20,000 nucleotides of DNA. Origin: Malacoraja senta. Lineage: Eukaryota. The stretch covers positions 45,481 to 65,480 of the forward strand of contig JAXLNO010000471.1 in assembly GCA_038087875.1 (NCBI GenBank). Reading direction: 5' to 3'. The translations under genes were made by a program, and so were the position numbers. How positions within the stretch are numbered: the first letter of the stretch is position 1; every line of letters begins with the position of its first letter. Positions 9,963 to 19,860 of this stretch are shown one piece after another. The notes below the pieces were generated by a model that was not told where the DNA came from, did no database searches, and was given only the letters and a program-made list of their open reading frames with translations.

Positions 9963-11696
9963 CAGGGCCGGATTTAGATGAAGAGAGGCCCTAGGCTATT
10001 CCACTTGTGAGGCCCCTCCCAATCCCCCACCACCACGACGAGAGGAAGATGGAAGAATCCACCAGATTGACACCGATGTGCAGCCGAGCGTGACCAATGA
10101 GATAAGGGCTGGAAAGCTGCGCTTTTTATTTATTGCCAGTGCTAATGTCGAGTTATCGGCTTAAAACACTATTATTCTGAAATGGAGGGCAAGGAAAATT
10201 ACTGAAGTGTTGTTTAGAGACTACAGTGCATTGTGACAGCATATGTAAGAAAGGCCTATGACAGTGTCAACAATATTATACACCAGGCCCGTATGAAGCT
10301 TTTCAAGAAGGGCGGTGGCATGGCAGGATTACAAACATTTAATGTGAAATAAGTGCATGCAGCGCATATCACAAGTGCGAAACTCAAAGACCCTTGCGGC
10401 CGGGGTCCAGGGCCCGCTTAAGGGCCCTGGAAGCTCTGGGGTTTTAGATGCTCTCTGGTGCATTCTGAGCCTTATTTTGGAGCATTTTTGCACCATATTT
10501 ATGACCAATATTTCAAAAATAATTTTGGTTGCGTCAAGAGTAATGTGGTTGGAATGGGATCATTGGGGTCATTGGGGTCATTGTATACATTTTTAAAAAT
10601 CAAGAATTGAAGCTGTCCTTGTTTTAACAATCAAGTTGTACTGTAAAATGTTATAAAGGAGCATGCAAACACTGCAAATAAAATACTGTAAGTTTTTGCA
10701 GTAAATAAAACCTTTTTTTAGAAAATGTTTTGTGTGTTGATTTGATTACCTGTTACTGTTCAACTGTGTTAGTGTGTGCACATTAAAAATATGATGCAAA
10801 ATGAAAGTCGCAAACTATGGAATTCATATTTTTCAGTATTGTTATCAAGGAAAAGAAAGCAGTTCCAATTGTTTGATATTATTCATATGGAGGAGAAAAT
10901 ATACTTGTTCTAAAACCTACCTTAATTTTGCAATCTCACTAAAGATAATCCCCCTTTCCCTCTCCCCCCTCCGCCTTCCCCCTCCCTCTCCCACCACCTC
11001 TCTCTCCCTCCCCATCTCTCTCTCCCCCCTCCCCCTTTCCCCTCTCTCTCTCCCCCTCCCCCTCTCTCTCTCTCCCCTCCCTCTCTCTCCCCCCTCTGTC
11101 TCAACCCCCCCTTTCCCCCTCTCACATCCCCCCTCTCTCTCCCTCCCTCCCCCTCTCCATCCCATGCAGCGAGACTCCGACTCTGCGCCGCAGACACCGC
11201 AGCCCCAGCCCGGAGAAACGGGCACTCCCGCAACGCAATATTCCATTACCTACCTGGAGTAGACACCTAGGATCTTTGGTAGACACGAGGCATTGAGGTG
11301 ATTGTGTGGAGTGCAAATGGAGATCTGAACCCGCCCGGGCCCACTGCGCACGCACGGAGAGACAGTGTCATTTTGCGTGGCTACTGTGCCACCGGCTTCC
11401 CCCAACTGCGCAGGCCCGGATGGTCGCAATTTTTTTCCCCAAACCTTCCACCGGGCCGGAACCAGAATTTCGGGTAATTTCCGTCAAAGTGGAAAGGCTG
11501 ATAGTGCTCCAATTTTTTTTTTCTCGGGATTTTTTTTACTCTATGAAAAAAACACCTTGGCCGGAAGCCCCCTAGATTTTGAGGCCCCAGGCTTCAGCCT
11601 ATGAAGCCTATAGGTAAATCCGGCCCTGCCGAGGCCCCCCTAGATCACCAGGCCCTAGGCTTAAGCCTATGAAGCTTATACGTAAATCCGGCCCTG
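9963..11696. mobile_element. Non-autonomous hAT-superfamily DNA transposon, 1734 bp
   Basis: Perfect 14-bp TIRs CAGGGCCGGATTTA (9963-9976) and TAAATCCGGCCCTG (11683-11696). 8-bp TSD ACCAGAGG (9955-9962) / AGCAGAGG (11697-11704) with 1 mismatch. Subterminal GAGGCCC repeats. No transposase ORF. Confidence 0.9.
10950..11163. repeat. Polypyrimidine (C/T) low-complexity tract
   Basis: About 210 bp almost entirely C/T on the + strand, inside the hAT element. Confidence 0.95.
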
Positions 11697-11745
11697 AGCA
11701 GAGGACATGGGTTTAAGGTGAGAGGGGAAGATTTAACAAGAACCT
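11697..11745 (+). mobile_element. CR1 LINE piece 2
   Basis: gaggacatgggtttaaggtgagaggggaagatttaacaagaacct parallels the reverse complement of ~17195-17250. Confidence 0.8.
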
Positions 11746-12698
11746 AATTTTTTGTATTATTACTGGGCCGCAAATGTCAAAAATATGATTCACCTGTTGG
11801 ACAACTCGGTCCAGCAGGTGGATTGGATAGTAATGGAGATAGAGGATTGTTCCCCTTTTAATATAGGAGCGATCCTTCTCTCACCAACAAAATTGAAGAA
11901 TACAATATATAGTAAGAATCCAATTATCCATAGTACAATTAGAATTTGGAAACAAATAAAATTAACTTTAAAATTAAGAAATCTATCGCTTCTTTCACCT
12001 ATAATGAATAATCCTTCGTTTAAACCTTCTACGATAGATAAATCGTACACACTGGGATAGATTAGGAATTAAAACGTTTGGAGATATGTATGATAATGGA
12101 AGTTTTTTTTAACATTTCACCAACTACAACTTAAATACAATTTGAGTAGTAATCAATATTTTAAATATTTTCAAATACGTGACTATTTGAAAAAATATAC
12201 ACAAGAATATCAAAATATCTCCAGATTTATTAGACGACATAATGAATATAAAAGCAGAATCAACTAATTTAATATCATACCTGTATAATACCATCCTAAA
12301 TATAGAAATACCATCATCCTATAGGATTAGAAGAGATTGGGAACAAGAACTAGCTATAAAAATCTCGAAAGAGAGTTGGGATAAACACTTGTTATATGTA
12401 CATAAATGCTCGATTAACGTAAGACACATTCTAATTCAATTTAAAATCTTACATAGATTATACTACTCAAAAGCTAAAATAAGTAAATTTTACCCAAATG
12501 TATCTTCTATCTGTGATAAATGTCTAACTCAAGAAGCAAATATAGCACATTCTTTTGTTTTTTGTATAAAAATTCAAAAATTTTGGAATGAAATCTTTGA
12601 CATTTTCACGAAATTATTTAAAATAAAACTGAAACCGAATGCAGAACTGATCATTTTTGGAACAATCGAAGCCAGTTTGGAGCTGTCTTCGTTTCAAA
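11743..12698 (+). mobile_element. L1-clade LINE, internal ORF2 C-terminal fragment (frameshifted)
   Basis: PNFLYYYWAAN, NPIIHSTIRIWKQI, QFKILHRLYYS and the CCHC knuckle CDKCLTQEANIAHSFVFC. Very AT-rich. Confidence 0.9.
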
Positions 12699-12960
12699 GG
12701 AGCTTGAGAAGCAACTTTTTCACGCAGATAGTGGTGGGAATAAGCTGCCAGAGGAGATAGTTGAGGCAGGTACAATAACAACATATAAAACACACTTGGA
12801 CAGATATATGGATAGGAAAGGTTTGGAGGGATATGGGCCAAACGTGGACAAATGGTGATAGCTTGGATGGGATATCTTGGTCAGCCTGGATGAGTTGGGT
12901 TGAAGGGCCTGTTTCCGTGCTGTATGACCCTATACTGTAACTGTGATTCTTTATGACTCT
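12699..12960 (+). mobile_element. CR1 LINE piece 3 (3' end)
   Basis: Resumes tgagaagcaactttttcacgcag (LRSNFFTQ). Tail gaagggcctgtttccgtgctgtatgac..tatgactct. Confidence 0.9.
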
Positions 12961-12979
12961 CGGGGGGGGGGGGGGGGAC

Positions 12980-13210
12980 ACGTTTTTCACTCAGAGGGTG
13001 ATTGGTATATGGAATGAGTTGCCAGAAGAGGTAGCTGAGGTTGGGATAATGATGATGATATTTAAAAGACATTCAGACAGGTGCAAAGATTGGAAAGGTT
13101 TGAAGCGATATGGGCCAGGCACAGGTAAATGGGACTAGCTCAGATAGGCCACCTTGTCAGCATGGACAAAATGGGCCGGTGGCTGTTCCCATGCTCTATG
13201 ATACGATGAT
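12980..13210 (+). mobile_element. Second CR1 3' fragment, preceded by a G16 run (12962-12977)
   Basis: FFTQRVIGIWNELPEEVAE..YGPGTGKWD; tail ctgttcccatgctctatgatac. Confidence 0.85.
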
Positions 13211-13355
13211 CAGTAAGCCTCGCACCTTTCATAGTGAAACTGCTGGAATCCTATATCAAGGAGGTAATGTCAAGACATTTAGAAAATTCAATCAAACTAA
13301 GTCATTGCATTTTTTTTAAAGGGAAATTGGCATAGCCCAATACAGCTATCTAAAG

Positions 13356-13568
13356 ATAGACACAAAATGCTGGTGCAATGCAACGGATCAGGCAGCATGT
13401 CTGGAGAAAATGGACAGGTGATATTTCAGGTCGGGACCCTTCTGCAGACTGAAAAATTACCTGTCCATTTTCTCCAGAGATGCTGCCCGACCCGCTGATT
13501 TACTTCAGTATTTTGTGTCCATCTCTGTTGTACTGTAAACCAGCATCTGCAGGTCATTCTTATTATAT
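13356..13568. mobile_element. Palindromic Penelope-type terminal-repeat insertion (copy C) with 13-bp TSD
   Basis: Inverted arms ~13356-13421 and ~13456-13522. Perfect direct repeat CAGCTATCTAAAG at 13343-13355 and 13569-13581. Confidence 0.85.
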
Positions 13569-13881
13569 CAGCTATCTAAAGCCCAATTTAGCTATTTTAA
13601 CAGGATTTTTAAAAAAAGATGAACTTTACTGCATGAATAAATAATTTGAAAATTGTAAGTTAACTTATTAACTTTCTTCCTTGCACGGTAGAGTTTCAAA
13701 TATCCTTGGTAGATTTAATTCATTTGCTTCTACCACAAGACCACAGACCAACAGCTGAACTTAGTCTGCTGACTCCCACATTTTTTCAACAGAACTCTTT
13801 CAAAGAACTTACATTCTTTGCAGTTAGCATTCTTTCTGACTTAGCTGACCAACATTCTTCGCCTTATGGCCTTGCATCATT

Positions 13882-14140
13882 TTAAGTTTAATTTATTGTC
13901 ACATGTTCCGAGGTACAGTGAAAAGCTATTTTGTCGCATGTTATCTAGTCAGCGGAAAGACTATACGTGGTTACAATCAAGCCATCCACAGTGTACAGAT
14001 ACAGTATATACAGTAGGGGATAACATTAATGCAAGATAAAGTCTAGTGGAGTCCGATTAAAGATAGTCTGAGGGTCTCTAATGAGGTAGATGGTTGGTCA
14101 GGGCCACTCTCTAGTTGGTGATAGGATGGTTAAGTTGCCA
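13882..14140 (-). mobile_element. Rex1/Babar 3' end
   Basis: tttattgtcacatgttccgaggtacagtgaaaagc; colinear with 2307-2555. Confidence 0.8.
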
Positions 14141-14659
14141 ATACAAAGTTAATACACATCATCTATACCAACAATCTTTACAACATTGTTCCATTACAGC
14201 AACAATATTAATATGTTAGGAATGCTTTAAGGTAGACTTCTACATTTTAACATTCTACTATTTTGTTAATCTACCTTTTACATTTACTAAGGGCAGGGAA
14301 TCAACATTGGATCTACACTTGGAATCAACACAGGAAAAATTGAGTCAATTATTTATGGACATTGTTAAGTAATTGAACACATAGATATTTATTAATAGAC
14401 GAGTATCATTTGTGCTTACCTTAATATTCCAATAAACTATTAAAGCAGTGAATGCCTTATTTGAAAAGTAAGTACTACAAGAGACAATTGAAAATTATTT
14501 TACGTGTAGCTTCCTTAACCAACAAAACTGTGTGAACCAGATTTTGCCAATAATTTCGAATGGAAATTTCTTACTGGAACCACAATTTAAATATTATTCT
14601 CTTAGTTTTCATATAACTCATTAGATCTGCGTTGGATACTTGCCATGCAATTTGGCATC

Positions 14660-14820
14660 ATTCTGGTAAACCTCCGCTGCACCCTCTCCAAACCATCCAC
14701 ATCCTTCCTGTAAGGGGCAAACAGAACTATATGCAGACCAATCAAGCCCTACAACCTTGCATCATGACTTCCTGACTCTTATACTCAATGCCCCATCCAA
14801 TGAAGGTAAACGTACCGTGG
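14660..14820 (-). mobile_element. Old CR1 ORF2 internal fragment
   Basis: Parallels 17420-17600 (ctggtaaacctc..cagaact..catgacttcctgactcttatactcaatgc..atgaagg). Confidence 0.7.
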
Positions 14821-14857
14821 ATTCTTTATATTCTTTAGAATATAATTTTCCAGTAGA

Positions 14858-14963
14858 AACAAGGGAACTGCAGATGCTGGCTTACACTAAGTGCTGGAGT
14901 AAATCAGCAGGTCAGGCAGCATCTCTGGATAGGTGACGTTTCGGTCGGGACCCTTCTTCAGAC
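14858..14963 (-). mobile_element. Penelope-type terminal repeat (copy D) with the best-preserved hammerhead-like core
   Basis: Minus strand reads GT-CTGAAGA-AGGGTCCCGACC-GAAAC-GTC-ACCT (14963-14931). Confidence 0.75.
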
Positions 14964-15447
14964 GTTTTTCAGCATTGTTGCGTTACAGTTCCGGAGAAAA
15001 CTAAAATATGGTACAGATGGAATTGTATCTTATTGGACATTTCCTCTATTACAGAAGAAAGTCCAATGTCTGATGATCATGACCCATTGACTCCAATTGC
15101 ATGTGTGCATTGAGTTTGACTTGTCCATCATGCCACATTTAATTGAGGGTTAAGGGTCGGTATTAATTAAGGACCAGATGGTAACATTTTTCCTATGGAA
15201 CAATTTGTAAATCAATGCCCTCTGGGAAGAAGGATGAGGTGAAAATTGCTCAGGAAGAAATGAAAGTAAATATAAGCTGAGCTGTGAATGTCTTTTTTTT
15301 TGCATGTTAGAAACTTGAAAAGCTATTTGCCAATGGAATGGAAACAGTTGTTTATGACAAGACAACAATTTGTTATCTTGGGAGTTGAGATGTCGCTGAG
15401 CATAAAAATATCAAATGTATTGAATGAATAAATCATTTACTTTCTTG

Positions 15448-15665
15448 AGTCAGAGAGTCTTACAGCATGGAAACAGGCACTATAGCCCATCATGTCTGCA
15501 CCTACCATCAATCACACATTCGCACAATAAGGGCCTGAGCTATAAGGAAAGGTTGGACAAGCTAGGACTTTAGTCCATGAGGAGTGATTTTATGGATGTG
15601 TATAAAGACATGATAAAAATAGATAAGGTAATTCCACAGAATATTTTACTCAGGGTAGGGGAATT
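15448..15665. mobile_element. Two CR1 fragments: minus-strand tail ~15448-15510 and plus-strand ORF2 piece ~15530-15665
   Basis: acagcatggaaacagg is the reverse complement of the CR1 tail. gggcctgagctataaggaaaggttggacaagctaggactt translates as GLSYKERLDKLGL. Confidence 0.7.
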
Positions 15666-15839
15666 AAACCCACAAGGGGGACATACAAACTCTGTACAGA
15701 CAAGCACCTATAGTCAGAATCAAACCCGGGTCCCTGGCACTGTAAGGCAGTAACTCTACCCGCTGTGCCACTGTGCCGCCACCTGGGTCACTGGAATTGT
15801 GAGGCACCTGGTCTGCCAGATGTACCACTGTGCCACCCC
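15666..15839 (-). mobile_element. V-SINE (HE1-like) 5' portion with two tandem tRNA-like heads
   Basis: Reverse complement: ggtggcacagtgg..gacccaggt joined to ggcggcacagtggcacagcgggtagag..gacccgggtttgattc. Confidence 0.8.
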
Positions 15840-16330
15840 AATACTGCAAATGTGCGAAATGAGAATCAAATATTCATCAGCATGTGTAGTGATTGTACAA
15901 AAGTTGACAACAACACAAGATGGAGCCTTGAAAATTACTGAAGTAATCAAGTTATAAATTCTTGAAATAATGATTTGCAAGACTAAAGATTAATCACTCT
16001 AGCATTTTAATCAATGCAAGTAAATCATCTGAATATGATATTCTGAATGCCAAGATCAGGCCTGTCTGGAAATATCCAAATGGGATGTTCACATATGACA
16101 GAAGAACTTCAGCAGTGGAGTGTTCTATCTCACACTTTATCAATCAAACCAATGATTTTCTAAAGCTATAAAACACTGGATAAATGAGGCAGTGGTTGAA
16201 GCAACACCACAATTTTTATTGAATAAGAGTCAAGGAGCAGCCATGTAGGGAAATATAATTAGTAGGTTGATGGAAAGACTTAAATTTGACCCCATATGCT
16301 CCTTAATGAAGCCAGGTAAGATTGATTCTT

Positions 16331-16529
16331 ATCTATTTGAATTTGAAATCTTATTAGAGTCATAGAGTGATACAGTGTGGAAACAGCCAATTCGCACAAC
16401 TTGCCCACACCGGCTAACATGCCCCAGCTATACTGGTCCTACCTGCCTGCGCTTGGTCCATATCCCTCCAAACCTGTCCTATCCATGTACCTGTCTAACT
16501 GTTTCTTAAATGATGGGATATCCCAGCTT
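16331..16529. repeat. Direct duplication copy 1 (199 bp; copy 2 at 16935-17133)
   Basis: Identical to 16935-17133 except A16341 vs G16945. Contains the CR1 3' end plus ~24 bp of flank. Confidence 0.95.
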
Positions 16530-16934
16530 TAAGTACTTTAAAAAAAAAAAAAAATTGAGGTCGGGTAAGGGGGATGATAGTTGAAGAGTTGGTATGTCCT
16601 ATTTACGTGATGCTCAAAAAAAAAACACATTTGTTTCTCTTTTTTTCTCTTTCTCTTTTCTTTTCTTAGGGCCTATTTCTTAACTCTTTTTCTTTTTGTT
16701 TTTAATTTCGCTCTTATAAGGGTCTTCGTCCTTTTTTGTTGTTACATTTTCTACACTTTTCTACACTTGCACTTTTTCCTTCACTTTCTTCTCTCTTTCA
16801 ATCTTTTCTTTCTCTAGTGTAAAAAAATAAATAAAGGGAGTACATTAATTGTAAGATGATATAAATGACGAGTATTAATGTATGTGGTTGTAATGTAATG
16901 TACTTCTAATAAATAAAAATTAAAAAAAAAAAAA
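16530..16934 (+). mobile_element. 5'-truncated poly(A) retroposon, probably an L1-clade 3' UTR
   Basis: T-rich UTR-like body, AATAAATAAA at ~16908-16917, A-tail 16922-16935, flanked by the 199-bp duplication. The L1 assignment is inference from the poly(A) end. Confidence 0.65.
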
Positions 16935-16958
16935 ATCTATTTGAGTTTGAAATCTTAT

Positions 16959-18490
16959 TAGAGTCATAGAGTGATACAGTGTGGAAACAGCCAATTCGCA
17001 CAACTTGCCCACACCGGCTAACATGCCCCAGCTATACTGGTCCTACCTGCCTGCGCTTGGTCCATATCCCTCCAAACCTGTCCTATCCATGTACCTGTCT
17101 AACTGTTTCTTAAATGATGGGATATCCCAGCTTCAACTACCTCCTCTGGCAGCTTGTTCCATACACCCATCACCCTTTGTGTGAAAAAGTTACCCCTCAG
17201 ATCCCTATTAAATCTTTTCCCCTTCATCTTGAACCTACTGTATGTCCTCTGGTCCTTGATTCCCCTACTCTGGGCAAGAGATTGTGCATCTACCCGATCT
17301 ATTCCTCTCATGATTTTGTACACCTCTATAAGATCACCCATCATCCTCGTGCGCTCCAAGGAATAGTGACCCAGCCTACTCAACCTCTCCCTATAGCTCA
17401 CACCCTCTAGTCCTGGCAACATCCTCGTAAATCTTTTCTGAACTCTTTTAAGCTTGACAATATCTTTCCTATAATATGGTGCCCAGAACTGAACACAATA
17501 TTCTAAATGCGGTCTCACTAACGTCTTATACAACTGCAACATGATTTCCCAACTTGTATACTCAATACTCTGACTGATGAAGGCCAAAGTGCCAAACGCC
17601 TTTTTGACCACCTTATCTAACCGACTCAACCTTCACGGAACCATGCACCTGTACTCCTCGATCCCTCTGCTCTACAACACTACCTAGAGGCCTACCATCT
17701 ACTGTGTAGGTCCTGCCCTTGTTAGATGTCCCAAAATGCAACACCTCACACTTCTCTGTATTAAATTCCATCAAACATTCCTCCACCCACCTGGCCAATC
17801 GCTGCAATCATCTTCACTATCTGCATAACCACTCACTTTTGTATCATCAGCAAACTTGCTAATCTTGCCCTGTAGGTTCTCATCCAAATCATTGATGTAG
17901 ATGACAAACAGTAACAGGCCCAGCACCGAACCTTGAGGCACACCACTATTCACAGGCCTGCAACCACTAGTCACAGGAAGCAACCTTCCACCATCACCCA
18001 CTGCTTCCTTCCATGGAGCCATTTGCTATCCATTCAGCTATCTCTCCTTGGATCCCATGTGATCTAACCTTCCAGAGCAGCATACCATGCAGATCCTTGT
18101 CGAATGCCTTTTTGAAGTCCATGTACATAACATCTACAGCTCTGCCCTCATCAACCTTTTTGGTCACGTCTTCAAAAAGAGCAATCAAATTCGTGAGACA
18201 CGACCTCCCACGTACAAAACCATGCTGGCAATATCAGCTCTTGCCCATCCAAATGCATGTATAACCTATCCCTCAGAATACTCTCTCGTAACTTTCCAAC
18301 TGCAGATGTTAAGCTCACCGGCCTATAGTTCCCAGCATTTTCCCGGCAGCCTTTCTTGAAAAGAGGCACAACATTTGCCACCCTCCAGTCTTCTGGCACC
18401 TCCTGTATTTAAGGATGATTCAATTTCAACCACGGCTCCTGCAATTTCCTCTCTAATTTCCCGCAATGTCCTTGGATATATCTTATCCTG
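16959..18490 (-). mobile_element. CR1 (HER1-like) LINE, 5'-truncated, frameshifted RT domain
   Basis: GNYRPVSLTS, DFKKAFDK, SGVPQGSVLG..YINDL, KFADDTK and LYKTLVRPHLEYCVQFW in successive frames. Tail (rc) ctgtatcactctatgactcta. Confidence 0.95.
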
Positions 18491-19246
18491 GTGGCCGACT
18501 AGGAAAAGGGGAGATGCAGCGAGACCTGGGTGTCATGGTACACCAGTCATTGAAAGTAGGCGTGCAAGTGCAGCAGGCAGTGAAGAAAGCGAATGGTATG
18601 TTAGCTTTCATAGCAAAAGGATTTGAGTATAGGAGCAGGGAGGTTCTACTGCAGTTGTACAGGGTCTTGGTGAGACCACACCTGGAGTATTGCGTACAGT
18701 TTTGGTCTCCAAATCTGAGGAAGGACATTATTGCCATAGAGGGAGTGCAGAGAAGGTTCACCAGACTGATTCCTGGGATGTCAGGACTGTCTTATGAAGA
18801 AAGACTGGATAGACTTGGTTTATACTCGCTAGAATTTAGGAGATTGAGAGGGGATCTTATAGAAACTTACAAAATTCTTAAGGGGTTGGACAGGCTAGAT
18901 GCAGGAAGATTGCTCCCGATGTTGGGGAAGTCCAGGACAAGGAGTCACAGCTTAAGGATAAGGGGGAAATCCTTTAAAACCGAGATGAGAAGAACTTTTT
19001 TCACACAGAGAGTGGTGAATCTCTGGAACTCTCTGCCACAGAGGGTAGTCGAGGCCAGTTCATTGGCTATATTTAAGAGGGAGTTAGATGTGGCCCTTGT
19101 GGCTAAAGGGATCAGAGGGTATGGAGAGAAGGCAGGTACGGGATACTGAGTTGGATGATCAGCCATGATCATATTGAATGGCGGTGCAGGCTCGAAGGGC
19201 CGAATGGCCTACTCCTGCACCTAATTTCTATGTTTCTATGTTTCTA
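18489..19246 (+). mobile_element. Young CR1 LINE 3' fragment of a different subfamily; ORF2 C-terminus uninterrupted to 19149
   Basis: QRDLGVMVHQSLKV..LYRVLVRPHLEYCVQFWSP..RRLRGDLIETYKI..FFTQRVVNLWNSLP, then 3' UTR and a (TTTCTATG)n tail. Confidence 0.95.
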
Positions 19247-19456
19247 TTGCAAATGAAGATCTTTAAGCTTTTGATGCGGGTGCCTAGATATTGCAGCATT
19301 AATTTTTACAGTGCCCATTTCAGATGGAAGACTTGCTGACAGTGAAATGAGTCCAAGCACTTCTGTCCCTCATTAATCCCAGCAGAGTTGATGTAATTTC
19401 AAAGTGTTTGGCACTTGAAACATCATAGGTGTCCATCCTGGCAGAAATGCTACCGA

Positions 19457-19777
19457 GGACAGCACAGAGGATAGTGGTAGAGCCACTGCGTTAATAGCGC
19501 CAGCAACCCGGGTTTGATCCCGACTACAGGTGCTTGTCTATACGGTGTTTATACGTTCTCCCTGTGACCTACGTGGGTTTTCTCCGAGATCTTCGGTTTC
19601 CTCCCATACTCCAGACATACAGGTTTGTAGATTAATTGGCTTAATGTAAATGTAAAATTGTACCTAGTGTGAGTAGGGTAATGTTAATGTGTGGGGATCG
19701 CTGGTCTGTGCAGACTTGGTGGGCCGAAGGGCCTGTTTCCACGCTATATCTCTAATCTAAACTAAACTAAACTAAAT
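19457..19777 (+). mobile_element. V-SINE (HE1-like), full length
   Basis: Head with B-box-like gggtttgatccc, central domain cggtttcctcccatactcc, tail gggccgaagggcctgtttccacgct, then (taaac)n. Confidence 0.9.
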
Positions 19778-19860
19778 AGAAACCTATCATCTTAATTTTC
19801 AACACAGTTCAACAAGGGGGAAAAGCATGCTCCCATGATGTCCCAGTTGATCAGGAGTCA

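Noticed and set aside
10801..11355. Pro/Ser/Leu- and Gly/Glu/Arg-rich ORFs
   Set aside because: Artefacts of the C/T low-complexity tract.
12962..12977. G homopolymer runs (also ~6866-6878)
   Set aside because: Simple runs at repeat junctions whose length is prone to sequencing error. No further structure.
14414..14480. Possible 55-bp minus-strand exon with a GTAAGC donor; also a plus-strand donor at ~16315
   Set aside because: The peptides are unrecognisable, there is no consistent gene model, and such sites are expected by chance.
17941..17977. Short repeat ACCACTA(T/G)TCACAGG twice within the CR1 RT region
   Set aside because: A local micro-duplication in a dead copy with no sign of function.
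18466..19149. 227-aa ORF as a host gene
   Set aside because: It is the CR1 ORF2 C-terminus. The ATG comes from the antisense strand of the neighbouring CR1 and the RT core is missing.
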